Part shown: one piece after another, positions 22,753 through 32,127 of the stretch
How positions within the stretch are numbered: the stretch's first letter is position 1
How the letters are laid out: each line of letters begins with the position of its first letter
Assembly: GCA_964236495.1 (NCBI GenBank)
Contig: CAXSBR010000002.1
Coordinates: 54,471-118,470, forward strand
Origin: an uncultured Jatrophihabitantaceae bacterium
Lineage (GTDB): Bacteria; Actinomycetota; Actinomycetes; Mycobacteriales; Jatrophihabitantaceae
Reading direction: 5' to 3'
DNA length: 64,000 nt
Position numbers and translations under genes: made by a program
The notes under the pieces: generated by a model
Databases searched by the model: none
The model's input: only the letters and a program-made list of their open reading frames with translations
What the model was told of the DNA's origin: nothing

Positions 22753-23862
22753 TCAGCTCAGGCCTGCTCGCAGTTGCTGGCTCACGCGCACCCACTGCTC
22801 CAGCGATGCTGCCGCCGCGCCGGTGTCGATGCTCTCCTGCGCCGCGTCGATGCCTCGGGACAGCGCCGCCGTCACGTCGTCAAGATCACGGTCGAAAGCG
22901 GCGATGCCAGCCGCGGCGTTGAGCAGTACTGCGTCGCGAACCGGGCCCTGCCCGCCTGCCAGGACCGACCGGACGACGGCGGCGTTGGTCTGCGCGTCGC
23001 CGCCGAGCAGCGCGCCTGCGGCCGGCGCGAGCAGTCCGAGCGAGGCCGGATCGAGCACGCTGTGGTGAACCTCGCCGGCACCGACCGCCCACAGCTGCGA
23101 TGTGGTGGCCGTAGTCAGCTCGTCCAGCCCGTCGTCGCCGCGGAACACCAGCGCCGCATCGCCGCGCGCAGCCAGCACGGCGGCCATGATCGGTGCGAGG
23201 CGGACATCGGCGCATCCGATCGCCGCCGAGCCGGGTCGGGCCGGATTCGTCAACGGACCGAGGATGTTGAACACGGTGGCGACACCGAGGTCCCGGCGGA
23301 CGCCCGCAGCGTGCCGCAGCCCGGAGTGGAAGACCGGTGCGAAGCAGAAGGAGATGCCGGCCCGCTGGGCACAGTCGCTGACCGCGCCGGCCGGCAGATC
23401 GATGGCGACGCCGAGCGCCTCGAGGACGTCGGCGGTTCCGCATCGGCTCGAAGCGGCCCGGTTGCCGTGTTTGACCACGGTGCGGCCCGACCCTGCGACC
23501 ACGATCGCAGCCATCGTCGACAGATTGACCGTGTGTGCTCCATCGCCGCCTGTTCCGACCACGTCGACACAGCGCCCTTGCACAGAGACCGCCGGCGCGC
23601 GCCGCAGCATGGTGTCGACCAGCCCCGCAACTTCCTGCGGGGTTTCGCCCTTGGCGCGCAGCAGAACGGCGAAGGCGGCCAGCTGAGCAGGCGCTGCCTC
23701 ACCGGCCATGATCTCGTTCATGGCCCAGGCCGTGTCAGTGTCACTCAGCGCTTGGCCGGCCATCAGGGTGGCGAGCACCGCGCGCCAAGTGGGCACAGTG
23801 GGCGCATTAGACGCAGTGGGCGCAGGGGCCGGCAGGGGCGCAGTGGGCGTCATTGCAGGCAC
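22753..23862 (-). CDS. trpD: anthranilate phosphoribosyltransferase
   Basis: The protein has GTGGDG, NLSTMAA, KHGNRA and NILGPLTNP motifs. The start is either the GTG at 23862 or the ATG at 23853. Confidence 0.9.
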   Translation of the reverse strand: MPAMTPTAPLPAPAPTASNAPTVPTWRAVLATLMAGQALSDTDTAWAMNEIMAGEAAPAQLAAFAVLLRAKGETPQEVAGLVDTMLRRAPAVSVQGRCVDVVGTGGDGAHTVNLSTMAAIVVAGSGRTVVKHGNRAASSRCGTADVLEALGVAIDLPAGAVSDCAQRAGISFCFAPVFHSGLRHAAGVRRDLGVATVFNILGPLTNPARPGSAAIGCADVRLAPIMAAVLAARGDAALVFRGDDGLDELTTATTSQLWAVGAGEVHHSVLDPASLGLLAPAAGALLGGDAQTNAAVVRSVLAGGQGPVRDAVLLNAAAGIAAFDRDLDDVTAALSRGIDAAQESIDTGAAAASLEQWVRVSQQLRAGLS

Positions 23863-23892
23863 CCGAGCCGCGCCGTCACCGCTTCGACCCGG

Positions 23893-24315
23893 TCAACGAA
23901 CGACGGGGATGCCGGCCAGCCTGCTCCGCAGAAGACCGGCCACGGTCGCCGCGGCCGCTACCGGGTCCAGCGGCCTGGTGATCACTGCGTCAGCAAGTGA
24001 CCAACTGGCCAACCACGCGTCTTGCGGGCGGGCGACGAACACCGCGATTGGAGGACAGGACTTCAGTTCGTACTTGAACTGCCGCGCCAGTCCCATGCCG
24101 CCGGTGGGTTGCGCCTCGCCGTCAAGGATGGCGAGGTCGATCTCACCGGTGTCGAGCTGAATGGTCAGCTCCCGGTCGGTACCGCATTCGACCCACTCGA
24201 TGCGCGCAGATTCCGGTGCCGGCCGCCGGCCCACGGCGGTACGCACTGCCGCCCGGACCTCGGGGCGCTGGCTGTAGACGAGCACGATGGCTCGCTCGCT
24301 GCTCAGGTCGGCCAT
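23893..24315 (-). CDS. small receiver-like (CheY-fold) protein with atypical active-site residues
   Basis: ATG at 24315 (MADLSSERAIVLVYS...IDLAILDGEAQPTGGMGLARQ...VITRPLD), 140 aa. The rest of the 415-aa ORF is antisense to ctaE and is discarded. Confidence 0.6.
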   Translation of the reverse strand: MADLSSERAIVLVYSQRPEVRAAVRTAVGRRPAPESARIEWVECGTDRELTIQLDTGEIDLAILDGEAQPTGGMGLARQFKYELKSCPPIAVFVARPQDAWLASWSLADAVITRPLDPVAAAATVAGLLRSRLAGIPVVR

Positions 24316-24423
24316 GGCAACAAACTGTAATCCCCGCGGCGTTGGCAGATCCGACCGCCATCGCGCAGACTCGCGCGCGCCCCCGCGCGAGTCGATGTCA
24401 GAGGTGCGCGCCATACTGATTAT

Positions 24424-25068
24424 GTGACCACAGCAGTGACCGCAACCGGCGCGGCCCCGGGCTTCGAAACGAGCCGCGTGCACTCGCTGACCCGTCCCAA
24501 CATGGTCAGTGTCGGCACCATTGTCTGGCTGTCCAGCGAGCTCATGTTCTTCGCCGGCCTGTTTGCTATGTACTTCACAGTGCGCGCGGTCCACGCGGGC
24601 AACTGGCCGATGGCTCCGACCAAGCTCGCGGTGCCCTACGCGACAGTGTTCACCGTCATTTTGGTCGCGTCCAGCGTGACTTGTCAGCTCGGTGTCTTCG
24701 CCGCGGAAAAGGGCGACGTGTTCGGTCTGCGTCGCTGGTTCCTGCTGACGTTCCTCATGGGTTTGATCTTCTTGATCGGGCAGGCCAACGAGTACCACAA
24801 CCAGTACGCGGAATATGCCCGCAACGCGGCCGAGGGTGGCATGACGTTGTCGTCTTCGGGCTACGGCTCGGTGTTCTTCCTGGCTACCGGATTTCACGGT
24901 CTGCATGTCGTCGGTGGTCTGATCGCCTTCGTGCTGTTTCTCATCCGTACGACGCTGGGCCGGTTCACTCCGGCCCAGGCAACGGCGGCAATCGTGGTGT
25001 CCTACTACTGGCACTTTGTCGACGTGGTGTGGATCGGCCTCTTCGCGACGATCTACCTCATCAAATGA
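24424..25068 (+). CDS. ctaE: cytochrome c oxidase (aa3) subunit III
   Basis: 214 aa. The sequence [16 protein letters not shown]...[10 protein letters not shown]...YWHFVDVVW is the classic subunit III signature. Confidence 0.9.
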   Translation: MTTAVTATGAAPGFETSRVHSLTRPNMVSVGTIVWLSSELMFFAGLFAMYFTVRAVHAGNWPMAPTKLAVPYATVFTVILVASSVTCQLGVFAAEKGDVFGLRRWFLLTFLMGLIFLIGQANEYHNQYAEYARNAAEGGMTLSSSGYGSVFFLATGFHGLHVVGGLIAFVLFLIRTTLGRFTPAQATAAIVVSYYWHFVDVVWIGLFATIYLIK

Positions 25069-26054
25069 GTACAAACGGCCGGCGTAACCGCCGGCAGACC
25101 AACAGCCACAGCTCACGCAGCGAGGAGGATCCGATGACATTCGATCCGGACCGAGTCGCAGACCTGGACTCGGTGGGCTTCGATACAGGCATCAGTCAGA
25201 CCGGCGCAGACAGCGCGCGCGCCTGGGCCGACGATGACGCACATCCTGTCCGAACCGCTCCTCGGCTCACCGCTGACCGTGGTCCCGGGCGCCGGGCCAA
25301 GGTTGGTCGCCGGCTCGTCGGCGGTCTGGTTCTGATGATCGCGTTGTTCTCCATGGGCGGGATCTACAGCCTGTTCGCGCAGTCCAGCTCGGCTGACGGT
25401 GGCGACGCGGCTGCCGCATCCAAAGGTCGCCAGCTGTATTCGATCAGCTGCATCACCTGCCACGGCGCAAATCTCGAAGGCGTCACCGACCGCGGGCCTT
25501 CTCTGATCGGTGTCGGAGGCGCGGCTACTTACTTCTACGTCGCGACCGGCCGGATGCCGTTGGCGCAGCAGGGCGGTGAAGCCGTTCGGCACGCGCAGAT
25601 GTACACCGAGGCCGAGATCCAACAGCTAGTCGCCTACGTGCAGCAGCAGGGTGGCGGCAAGCCGGCCCCGACGGGTTCCCTGCGTGACGATGCAGGTATC
25701 GCTGAAGGCGGCCAGCTGTTCCGGCTCAACTGCGCGTCATGCCACAACTTCGCGGGCAAAGGTGCCGCGCTGTCAGCCGGCAAGAATGCTCCCAGCCTGG
25801 GTGAAGCGACCGATCCCGAAATCGTGACGGCCATGCTCACCGGACCGGGCAACATGCCGGTGTTCAGTGACAATCAGCTGACTCCGCAGCAGAAGCACCA
25901 GATCGTGTCCTACGTCCAGAGCCTGAAGGCAACAGCGAACCCGGGCGGCAACGGATTGGGCCGGGTCGGCCCCGTCACCGAGGGCCTGGTCATCTGGGTG
26001 GTCGGTATCGGCGTCATGATGGCTGCAATCCTCTGGATCGGAGCCAAGTCATGA
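25065..26054 (+). CDS. qcrC: cytochrome bc1 complex diheme cytochrome c subunit
   Basis: ATG at 25065 overlaps the ctaE stop (ATGA). Two CxxCH motifs are present (CITCH, CASCH) with a C-terminal TM. An alternative ATG lies at 25134. Confidence 0.85.
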   Translation: MSTNGRRNRRQTNSHSSRSEEDPMTFDPDRVADLDSVGFDTGISQTGADSARAWADDDAHPVRTAPRLTADRGPGRRAKVGRRLVGGLVLMIALFSMGGIYSLFAQSSSADGGDAAAASKGRQLYSISCITCHGANLEGVTDRGPSLIGVGGAATYFYVATGRMPLAQQGGEAVRHAQMYTEAEIQQLVAYVQQQGGGKPAPTGSLRDDAGIAEGGQLFRLNCASCHNFAGKGAALSAGKNAPSLGEATDPEIVTAMLTGPGNMPVFSDNQLTPQQKHQIVSYVQSLKATANPGGNGLGRVGPVTEGLVIWVVGIGVMMAAILWIGAKS

Positions 26055-27163
26055 CGCTCATCGACGATCCCAACGGCTCCACTGCCGCGACGACGGGCCA
26101 CGACCCCGCAGGTGCTGCTGCCGCCCACAAGCCGCCGCCGGTGGGCGAGATAGCTCAGATGGCGCCCGAAGACGCCATGCTGCTCGGCGCTCAGCTAGAC
26201 GGCGTCTACATCGAGCACCGCCGGCAGCGTTTTCCGATCCCCGGGACGAAAACTGAACGGCGTGCCGAGCGTGCGGTGGCGACCTGTTTCGTCGTGTCCG
26301 CGCTCGCCGCCCTCGCCTTCATCGTCTGCTTCATCGCGGTGCCGTTCCGCTTTCACCTTCCCGGCCAGGGTGGTCAGGGCTACCGCTACTACACACCGGC
26401 GCTCGGCGCGCTACTGGGCATCTGCCTGTTCGGCATCGGCATCGGCGCAGTGCTGTGGGCCAAGTGGCTCATGCCTGAGGAAGAAGTGGTGCAGGACCGC
26501 CACGACGGCGGCTCCCCGGCTGCGGATCAGTTGCTGATGGCCGCGACCATGAAGGTCGGCTTCGACGACACCGGCCTCCAGCGGAGGTCAGTGCTGAAGG
26601 GTTCACTGGCACTGGCCGGCGGCGCCCTGGGACTGGTGCCACTCGTCGCACTAATCGGCGCGCTCATCAAGAAGCCGGGCAACGCACTGGAGGTCACACT
26701 GTGGCAGAAAGGTGTTCCGGTCGTGTACGCCGACGGTCGGCGAGTCGGACCCGGTGACATCGAGCCCGGCGGGGTGGCCACCGTCTTTCCTGGCGTGCCC
26801 GACGGCGTGAAGGATGCCGACTCCCCCACCTTGCTCATCCGGCTTCGTCCGGGCCAGACGGTGCACTCGCGCAAGGGTCAAGCCGGCTTCGGCTGGGGCG
26901 ATTACGTCGCGTACTCCAAGATTTGCACGCACGCCGGCTGCCCTGCCTCGCTGTACGAGCAGCAGACCTCGCGGCTGCTGTGCCCATGCCACCAGTCGCA
27001 GTTCGATGTGCTCGCCGACTGCAAGCCGGTGTTCGGGCCGGCCACGCGTAGCTTGCCCAAGCTCCCCCTGGGTGTGGAAAAGGGCGCGGACGGTAATACT
27101 TATTTTGTAGCGCAGAGTGAGTTCCGCGAAGCGATCGGTCCCGGTTTCTGGAACCGCAAATGA
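26051..27163 (+). CDS. qcrA: cytochrome bc1 complex Rieske iron-sulfur subunit
   Basis: ATGA overlap with qcrC. The protein has three N-terminal TM segments and the Rieske motifs CTHAGCP and CPCHQSQF. Confidence 0.9.
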   Translation: MTLIDDPNGSTAATTGHDPAGAAAAHKPPPVGEIAQMAPEDAMLLGAQLDGVYIEHRRQRFPIPGTKTERRAERAVATCFVVSALAALAFIVCFIAVPFRFHLPGQGGQGYRYYTPALGALLGICLFGIGIGAVLWAKWLMPEEEVVQDRHDGGSPAADQLLMAATMKVGFDDTGLQRRSVLKGSLALAGGALGLVPLVALIGALIKKPGNALEVTLWQKGVPVVYADGRRVGPGDIEPGGVATVFPGVPDGVKDADSPTLLIRLRPGQTVHSRKGQAGFGWGDYVAYSKICTHAGCPASLYEQQTSRLLCPCHQSQFDVLADCKPVFGPATRSLPKLPLGVEKGADGNTYFVAQSEFREAIGPGFWNRK

Positions 27164-27194
27164 GCGCCGGTACAGCAATTTTTGAGAGGTTCTG

Positions 27195-28856
27195 ATGGCC
27201 ACAACCGATACCCAAGACCTACCCCGTAACTTCCAGTCACCCCGCACCCCGGCCGGCAAGCTGGCGAAGGCGAGCGAGGAACGCTTTGCCGTCGCGACCG
27301 GCCTGCGCAAGCAGCTGAACAAGGTTTTCCCGGACCACTGGTCGTTCATGATGGGCGAGATCGCCCTGTACTCGTTCGTGGTGCTGCTTCTGTCGGGCAC
27401 CTATCTGACCTTCTTCTTCGACGCCTCCATGGGCGATGTCCTTTACAACGGCAGTTACACCCCACTCAAGGGCGTGGAGATGTCGCGGGCCTACGCCTCC
27501 ACCCTCGACATGTCCTTCGACGTGCGCGGCGGGCTGATCATCCGCCAGATTCACCACTGGGCGGCGCTGCTGTTCATCGCCGCGATGACGATCCACATGT
27601 TCCGGATCTTTTTCACGGGCGCCTTCCGCAAGCCGCGCGAGGTCAACTGGCTGATCGGCCTGGGCCTGCTCACTCTCGGCGTCGTCGAAGGCTTCGCCGG
27701 CTACTCGCTGCCCGACGACCTTCTCTCCGGTACCGGGTTGCGAATTGCCGACGCGATCATGCTCTCGATTCCCGTGGTCGGCACCTGGGTGTCGTTCTTG
27801 GTGTTCGGTTCGGAGTTCCCCGGCCACTTGATCATCGGCCGGTTGTACATCGCTCATGTGCTGCTCATCCCAGCGATCCTCGCCGCCCTCATCGGTGCCC
27901 ACCTGGCTCTGATCGTCAAGCAGAAGCACACCCAGTTCCCCGGTCCCGGCAACACCGAGGACACAGTGCGTGGCGAGCGCGTCTATCCCGTCTATGCGGC
28001 CAAAGCCGGTGGCTTCTTCTTCCTCGTGTTCGGCGTCATCGCCGCTCTCGGTGGTCTTGCGCAGATCAACCCCATCTGGCTGTTTGGCCCGTACAACCCT
28101 GCCCAGGTGTCAGCCGGGTCGCAGCCGGACTGGTACATGGCGATGCTCGACGGTTCAACTCGTCTGTTCCCGTCCTGGGAGACCCGCTATTTCGGGTACA
28201 CCATCCCGGCGATCTTCTGGCCGACAGTGGTTTTGCCCGGCATCCTGCTCACCCTCGCCGGCGCCTATCCGTTCATCGAGGCCAAGCTGACTGGGGATCA
28301 TGCGTCGCACAACCTGCTTCAGCGTCCGCGTGACGTCCCGGTGCGCACCAGCCTGGGGGTCATGTCGATCGCCTTCGTGATGGTGCTGTTCCTCTCCGGT
28401 GGCAACGACCTCATCGCCGAGCACTTCGATGTCTCGCTCAATGCAATGACCTGGGCCGGCCGCATCGCTCTTCTGCTCGTGCCCCCGCTTGCCTACGTTG
28501 CCACTTACCGCATCTGCTTGGGCTTGGAGCGCCACGACCGCGAGGTATTGGAGCACGGTATTGAGACAGGCATCATCAAGCGCCTGCCCAGCGGTGAGTT
28601 CATTGAGGTCCACCAGCCTCTCGGGCCGGTCGATCACCACGGCCATGGTGAACTGCAGTACGCCGGCATGGCGGTGCCGAAGAGGATGAACAAGATCGGC
28701 GCAGCGGGCCGCTCGATCAAGGGATTCATGTACCCGGTCGTCGAGAAGGCAGACGTCGTAGCGGCTCTCGAAGCCGACCGCCAGGAGCAGCTCGCGCACA
28801 TCGGCCTGAACAGCAGCGAAGAGGCGCCGAGCGGGCGCCGTCCACTGGGGCAGTAA
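27195..28856 (+). CDS. qcrB: cytochrome bc1 complex cytochrome b subunit
   Basis: 553 aa with [16 protein letters not shown] heme ligands and multiple TM segments. The C-terminal codons run into a tandem repeat. Confidence 0.9.
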   Translation: MATTDTQDLPRNFQSPRTPAGKLAKASEERFAVATGLRKQLNKVFPDHWSFMMGEIALYSFVVLLLSGTYLTFFFDASMGDVLYNGSYTPLKGVEMSRAYASTLDMSFDVRGGLIIRQIHHWAALLFIAAMTIHMFRIFFTGAFRKPREVNWLIGLGLLTLGVVEGFAGYSLPDDLLSGTGLRIADAIMLSIPVVGTWVSFLVFGSEFPGHLIIGRLYIAHVLLIPAILAALIGAHLALIVKQKHTQFPGPGNTEDTVRGERVYPVYAAKAGGFFFLVFGVIAALGGLAQINPIWLFGPYNPAQVSAGSQPDWYMAMLDGSTRLFPSWETRYFGYTIPAIFWPTVVLPGILLTLAGAYPFIEAKLTGDHASHNLLQRPRDVPVRTSLGVMSIAFVMVLFLSGGNDLIAEHFDVSLNAMTWAGRIALLLVPPLAYVATYRICLGLERHDREVLEHGIETGIIKRLPSGEFIEVHQPLGPVDHHGHGELQYAGMAVPKRMNKIGAAGRSIKGFMYPVVEKADVVAALEADRQEQLAHIGLNSSEEAPSGRRPLGQ

Positions 28857-29060
28857 ACGGACTGGCCGAGCGGGCGCTACCCGTCGCGGCAGTAGATGAC
28901 TGTCCGAGCAGGCGCGGTCCGTTGAGGCAGTGGACGGACTGGCCGAGCGGGCGCTACCCGTTGCGGCAGTAGATGACTGTCCGATCAGGCGCGGTCCGTT
29001 GAGGCAGTGGACGGACTGGCCGAGCGGACGACCCGCTGGTGGCCGTAGACGAGCCGTAGG
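28849..29060. repeat. tandem repeat, 77-bp period built from two diverged 38/39-bp subunits, about 2.7 copies
   Basis: Subunits beginning GGCAGT start at 28849, 28888, 28926, 28965 and 29003, with a degenerate GGCCGT unit at 29041. Units 28849-28925 and 28926-29002 differ at only a few positions. A degenerate copy lies upstream inside the last qcrB codons. Confidence 0.85.
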
Positions 29061-29583
29061 GCCCGTGGCTGGGCTCCACGGTCGGTGACCGAGCCAGGTA
29101 CCGCACTTGCGGCAGATTCAGGCGAGATCACGTCGCTCGGACGGGAGTCCTAGTGCCGGCCAGCAAGTCCGTTGAAGCGGCGAGGTCACGCGTTAGCTTT
29201 CTTTGCCTCACGCGGATCAGTCGTTGGGCGCGGTGTTGACTGAGGTTACGGCGGCATGCCGATGGCTCACTGCCCCACTGGGCGAAGCCGTCGCGCCGTG
29301 GACACCCACCACCTGTCCCGTCACCAGTATTGCCTGGCCGGCGTTAGTATCCGTGTCGGTACCCAATCGATGGCGTCTGATGCCTGGATGTGAATCTCGG
29401 CGATGGACGCCCGGAGAAACCTTCGAAGGCAAGGACGGTCTGCGTTGCGGTGGACGTAGACGGTGAACGGCGGCTAAAACTGCGCAATCCCGCTCGACCG
29501 CAGCCCTGCCTGCCGCGAGGACTGACGAGGGAGTCCTCATTGCTGCTCGAACTGTCGCCGCATGGGTCGACACCCGCAAGATC

Positions 29584-29747
29584 GAGCAGCATCGGCGGCC
29601 AACCGCTCACCCACGCCGCCCCACTGTCCAACCCCAGCAGCATCGGCAGCATCGGCAGCCAACCGCTCACCCATGCCGCCCCCGCCGTCCAATCGAGCAG
29701 CATCGGCAGCCAACCGCTCACCCTTGTGCGTCCGCCGTCCAACCTCA
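29584..29747. repeat. tandem repeat, about 53-58 bp period, 3 copies (GAGCAGCATCGGCAGCCAACCGCTCACCC...)
   Basis: Read directly, copies start at 29584, 29637 and 29695. The region is non-coding by context. Confidence 0.8.
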
Positions 29748-29918
29748 GCTCAGCTGGCGGGCGTAGCACCGTCGGCCGGCGAACACAGCGAGCCCAGTCC
29801 TAGACCAAGCCGACAGCAACACAGCCACGCCGAAGCCGAGCAGCTCATGCGCATCCTCCTGCCGGGCCCGGTTGGTGTCGAGGGCGTCCGCCGACTCCAA
29901 CGCGCCCCGGTTTGGGCG

Positions 29919-30350
29919 CTACTGCAGGGTCGAGGCGTTCTGGCCCACGTAGTACTCGAACAACAGGCCACCGACGGTGAACAGAATCGCGACGACGCCG
30001 ATGACGGCCAACCAGTACTGGACGAAGGCCAAGCCCATTCCGGTCACTGCGCCCGAAGTGGCAATGCCGATAGGCCAGTAGCTGCCCGGCGAGAAGAAGC
30101 CCAGCTCGCCGGCGCCATCGGAGATCAAGGCGTCGGGGCGATCTTCCGGACGCAGGTCTATCCGGCGGGCAACGAAACTGAAGAACGTACCCATGATCAA
30201 GCACAAGCCGCCGGACAAGATCAACGCCGCCACACCGACGACCTCGATGCCGTTGCCGTTCGCCGACTGGTTGGTGACGAAGGCGTACACCGCGGCCGCG
30301 CCGAAAAGGAAGGTCGCAATCAGCAGGAACATCCGACTTTCGATACGCAC
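29919..30350 (-). CDS. ctaF: cytochrome c oxidase subunit IV (actinobacterial CtaF)
   Basis: 143 aa with four hydrophobic helices (MRIESRMFLLIATFLFGAAAVYA) matching the Rv2199c family. It lies immediately downstream of ctaC. Confidence 0.85.
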   Translation of the reverse strand: MRIESRMFLLIATFLFGAAAVYAFVTNQSANGNGIEVVGVAALILSGGLCLIMGTFFSFVARRIDLRPEDRPDALISDGAGELGFFSPGSYWPIGIATSGAVTGMGLAFVQYWLAVIGVVAILFTVGGLLFEYYVGQNASTLQ

Positions 30351-30369
30351 GCGCTTGCCCCTCGCCCTG

Positions 30370-31302
30370 TCAGCTGCCGCTGTCGGAGCGCAGCGTGCGG
30401 TCGGTGTTGAACGGATGCGTCGACGTTGCCTGGGGAGCCTCGCCGATCGCGGTCAGCGCGGCGGCCTGCCGGTTCGGATCGTCGAAGCGCTGCTTGGCCA
30501 GCGCCGCCTTGTAGGCATCGAATTTGCCCGGCGTGACGACGCGAACCTCGAAGTTCATCGCCGAGTGGTACGTGCCGCACAGCTCAGCGCACCGGCCCAC
30601 GAAGTGACCCGTCTTTGTCGCGGTCAGCTCGAACTCGTTGTCCTTGGGCATCGGGATCACGTCACGCTTGAACAGAAACTCCGGCACCCAGAACGAGTGG
30701 ATCACGTCGCGCGAGTGTTCGACGAACCGCACCTTCTTGCCTTCAGGGATAACCAGGATCGGAACCTCGGTCGACGTGCCGACCGTGCCGATGGAGGCGC
30801 CCGTGGAGTTCGGGCTGTCATTGGAGGCGTTGGGGTCGGGGTTCGCGTACTGCATGCCGGGGTAATTGAACGCCCAGTTCCACTTGAATGCCGTCACCAC
30901 GACGCGCACATCAGGATTGCTGGTCTTGCGGTCGACGTAGTTCTCCACGACAACGGTGCGGTAGAACAACCCGGCAATGATGAAGAACGGTGCGATGGTG
31001 TACGCGGCCTCGATCAGCAAATTTTCTTTGACCTGGCGGGGCAGCTCGTCGCCGCGCTTGCGATAGCGTACGCAGCACCAAAAGATCAGCGCCCACACGA
31101 TTACACCCACGGTCAGCGCGGCCACCGAGGACCAGGTCCACAGCACTCGCATCCGCGTCGCCTGCTTGGTGACACCGGTAGGCCAGCCGAAGCGCAGATT
31201 GCGCTCCCAATCTTTGGCCGAGCAGCCGGTGAGCAGCAGCGAACTGCCGATCAGCGCCAGCGTCGTCGTGATCGCGCCCCGAACAGCTCGCCTGGCACGC
31301 AT
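30370..31302 (-). CDS. ctaC: cytochrome c oxidase subunit II
   Basis: I use the ATG at 31302, which gives a lipoprotein-type signal (LLLTGCSA). The CuA site HSFWVPEF...CAELCGTYHSAM is present. An alternative ATG lies at 31353, and the longer 645-aa ORF is rejected. Confidence 0.9.
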   Translation of the reverse strand: MRARRAVRGAITTTLALIGSSLLLTGCSAKDWERNLRFGWPTGVTKQATRMRVLWTWSSVAALTVGVIVWALIFWCCVRYRKRGDELPRQVKENLLIEAAYTIAPFFIIAGLFYRTVVVENYVDRKTSNPDVRVVVTAFKWNWAFNYPGMQYANPDPNASNDSPNSTGASIGTVGTSTEVPILVIPEGKKVRFVEHSRDVIHSFWVPEFLFKRDVIPMPKDNEFELTATKTGHFVGRCAELCGTYHSAMNFEVRVVTPGKFDAYKAALAKQRFDDPNRQAAALTAIGEAPQATSTHPFNTDRTLRSDSGS

Positions 31303-31446
31303 GTCGACCGCCTCTCTGCGCCTGCTTAAATTCAGCTTGCTCAACGTCCACATCGCGTGGAATACCTGCCTGACATGCAGCGTATCGGAGGCCCGGCCAC
31401 TCATCGGCTCCGGCCCACCCGTGCGCCGCTGTGTCACCATGTCGCC

Positions 31447-32013
31447 ATGACCTCGCCCGCTACCGTCCTTCCTTTCGCGGTAAGCACCACCGCCATCGAC
31501 GGCCTGCTGGTCTTGCAGATGAAGCAGATCACTGAACCCCGCGGAACGGTGCGTGAGCTGTTCCGGGCGTCGGCTTTCGCCGAGGCGGGTGTGCCCGCGG
31601 GCCCGTGGCCCCAAATCAACGCCACCGAGACCATTCGGGGCGCGATCCGCGGGCTGCACGGCGAGGCCATGGTCAAGCTCGTCGCCGTCGTAGCCGGGGA
31701 GGCCTTCGGCGCGTACGTCGACGCCCGCCGCGATTCGACGACCTTCGGCGCAGTCGTCACCGTGCCCCTCGTCAAGGGCACCCAGGTGCTCGTGCCCGCC
31801 GGCGTCTGCAACGGGTTCCAGTCGCTCAGTGCGGGCGGTAGCCAGTACCTCTACTGCTTCACCAGCGAGTGGACGCCGACCATGGCTGGTGTCGCGGTGC
31901 ATCCGCTGGATCCCGCTCTGAACATCGACTGGCCGATCGCCGTCGACGCCACCGATCCCGCCCGGCTTTCGGCCAAGGACGCCGCCCAGCCGCTGTTTGC
32001 CGACATCGGCTGA
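31447..32013 (+). CDS. dTDP-4-dehydrorhamnose 3,5-epimerase-like cupin (RmlC family)
   Basis: 188 aa from the ATG at 31447. The pattern DGLLVLQ...PRGTVRELF...IRGLHGE..VKLV...GFQSLS..YLY matches RmlC. Confidence 0.75.
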   Translation: MTSPATVLPFAVSTTAIDGLLVLQMKQITEPRGTVRELFRASAFAEAGVPAGPWPQINATETIRGAIRGLHGEAMVKLVAVVAGEAFGAYVDARRDSTTFGAVVTVPLVKGTQVLVPAGVCNGFQSLSAGGSQYLYCFTSEWTPTMAGVAVHPLDPALNIDWPIAVDATDPARLSAKDAAQPLFADIG

Positions 32014-32127
32014 GGCGGCACGGGACCGCAGCGGCCAAGCGTCAGGACGCAGCGACCAACGACCTCGAGCCGGCGCGCTCACGCTGGCCCGTCCGATCGT
32101 GGCAACTTCCTCAGCGATACTGGACCC

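Noticed and set aside
22183-24000. 605-aa plus-strand ORF spanning the RAM-domain gene, trpD and the receiver-like gene
   Set aside because: It is antisense to three well-supported minus-strand genes, is Arg/Gly/Asp-rich and has no recognisable domain. I treat it as a GC-content artefact.
29344-29769. 141-aa minus-strand ORF with AAWVSGWLPMLL repeats, and the overlapping plus-strand ORF 29390..29803
   Set aside because: The peptide periodicity simply mirrors the roughly 55-bp DNA repeat. There is no SD, no homology, and every frame is open across the array.
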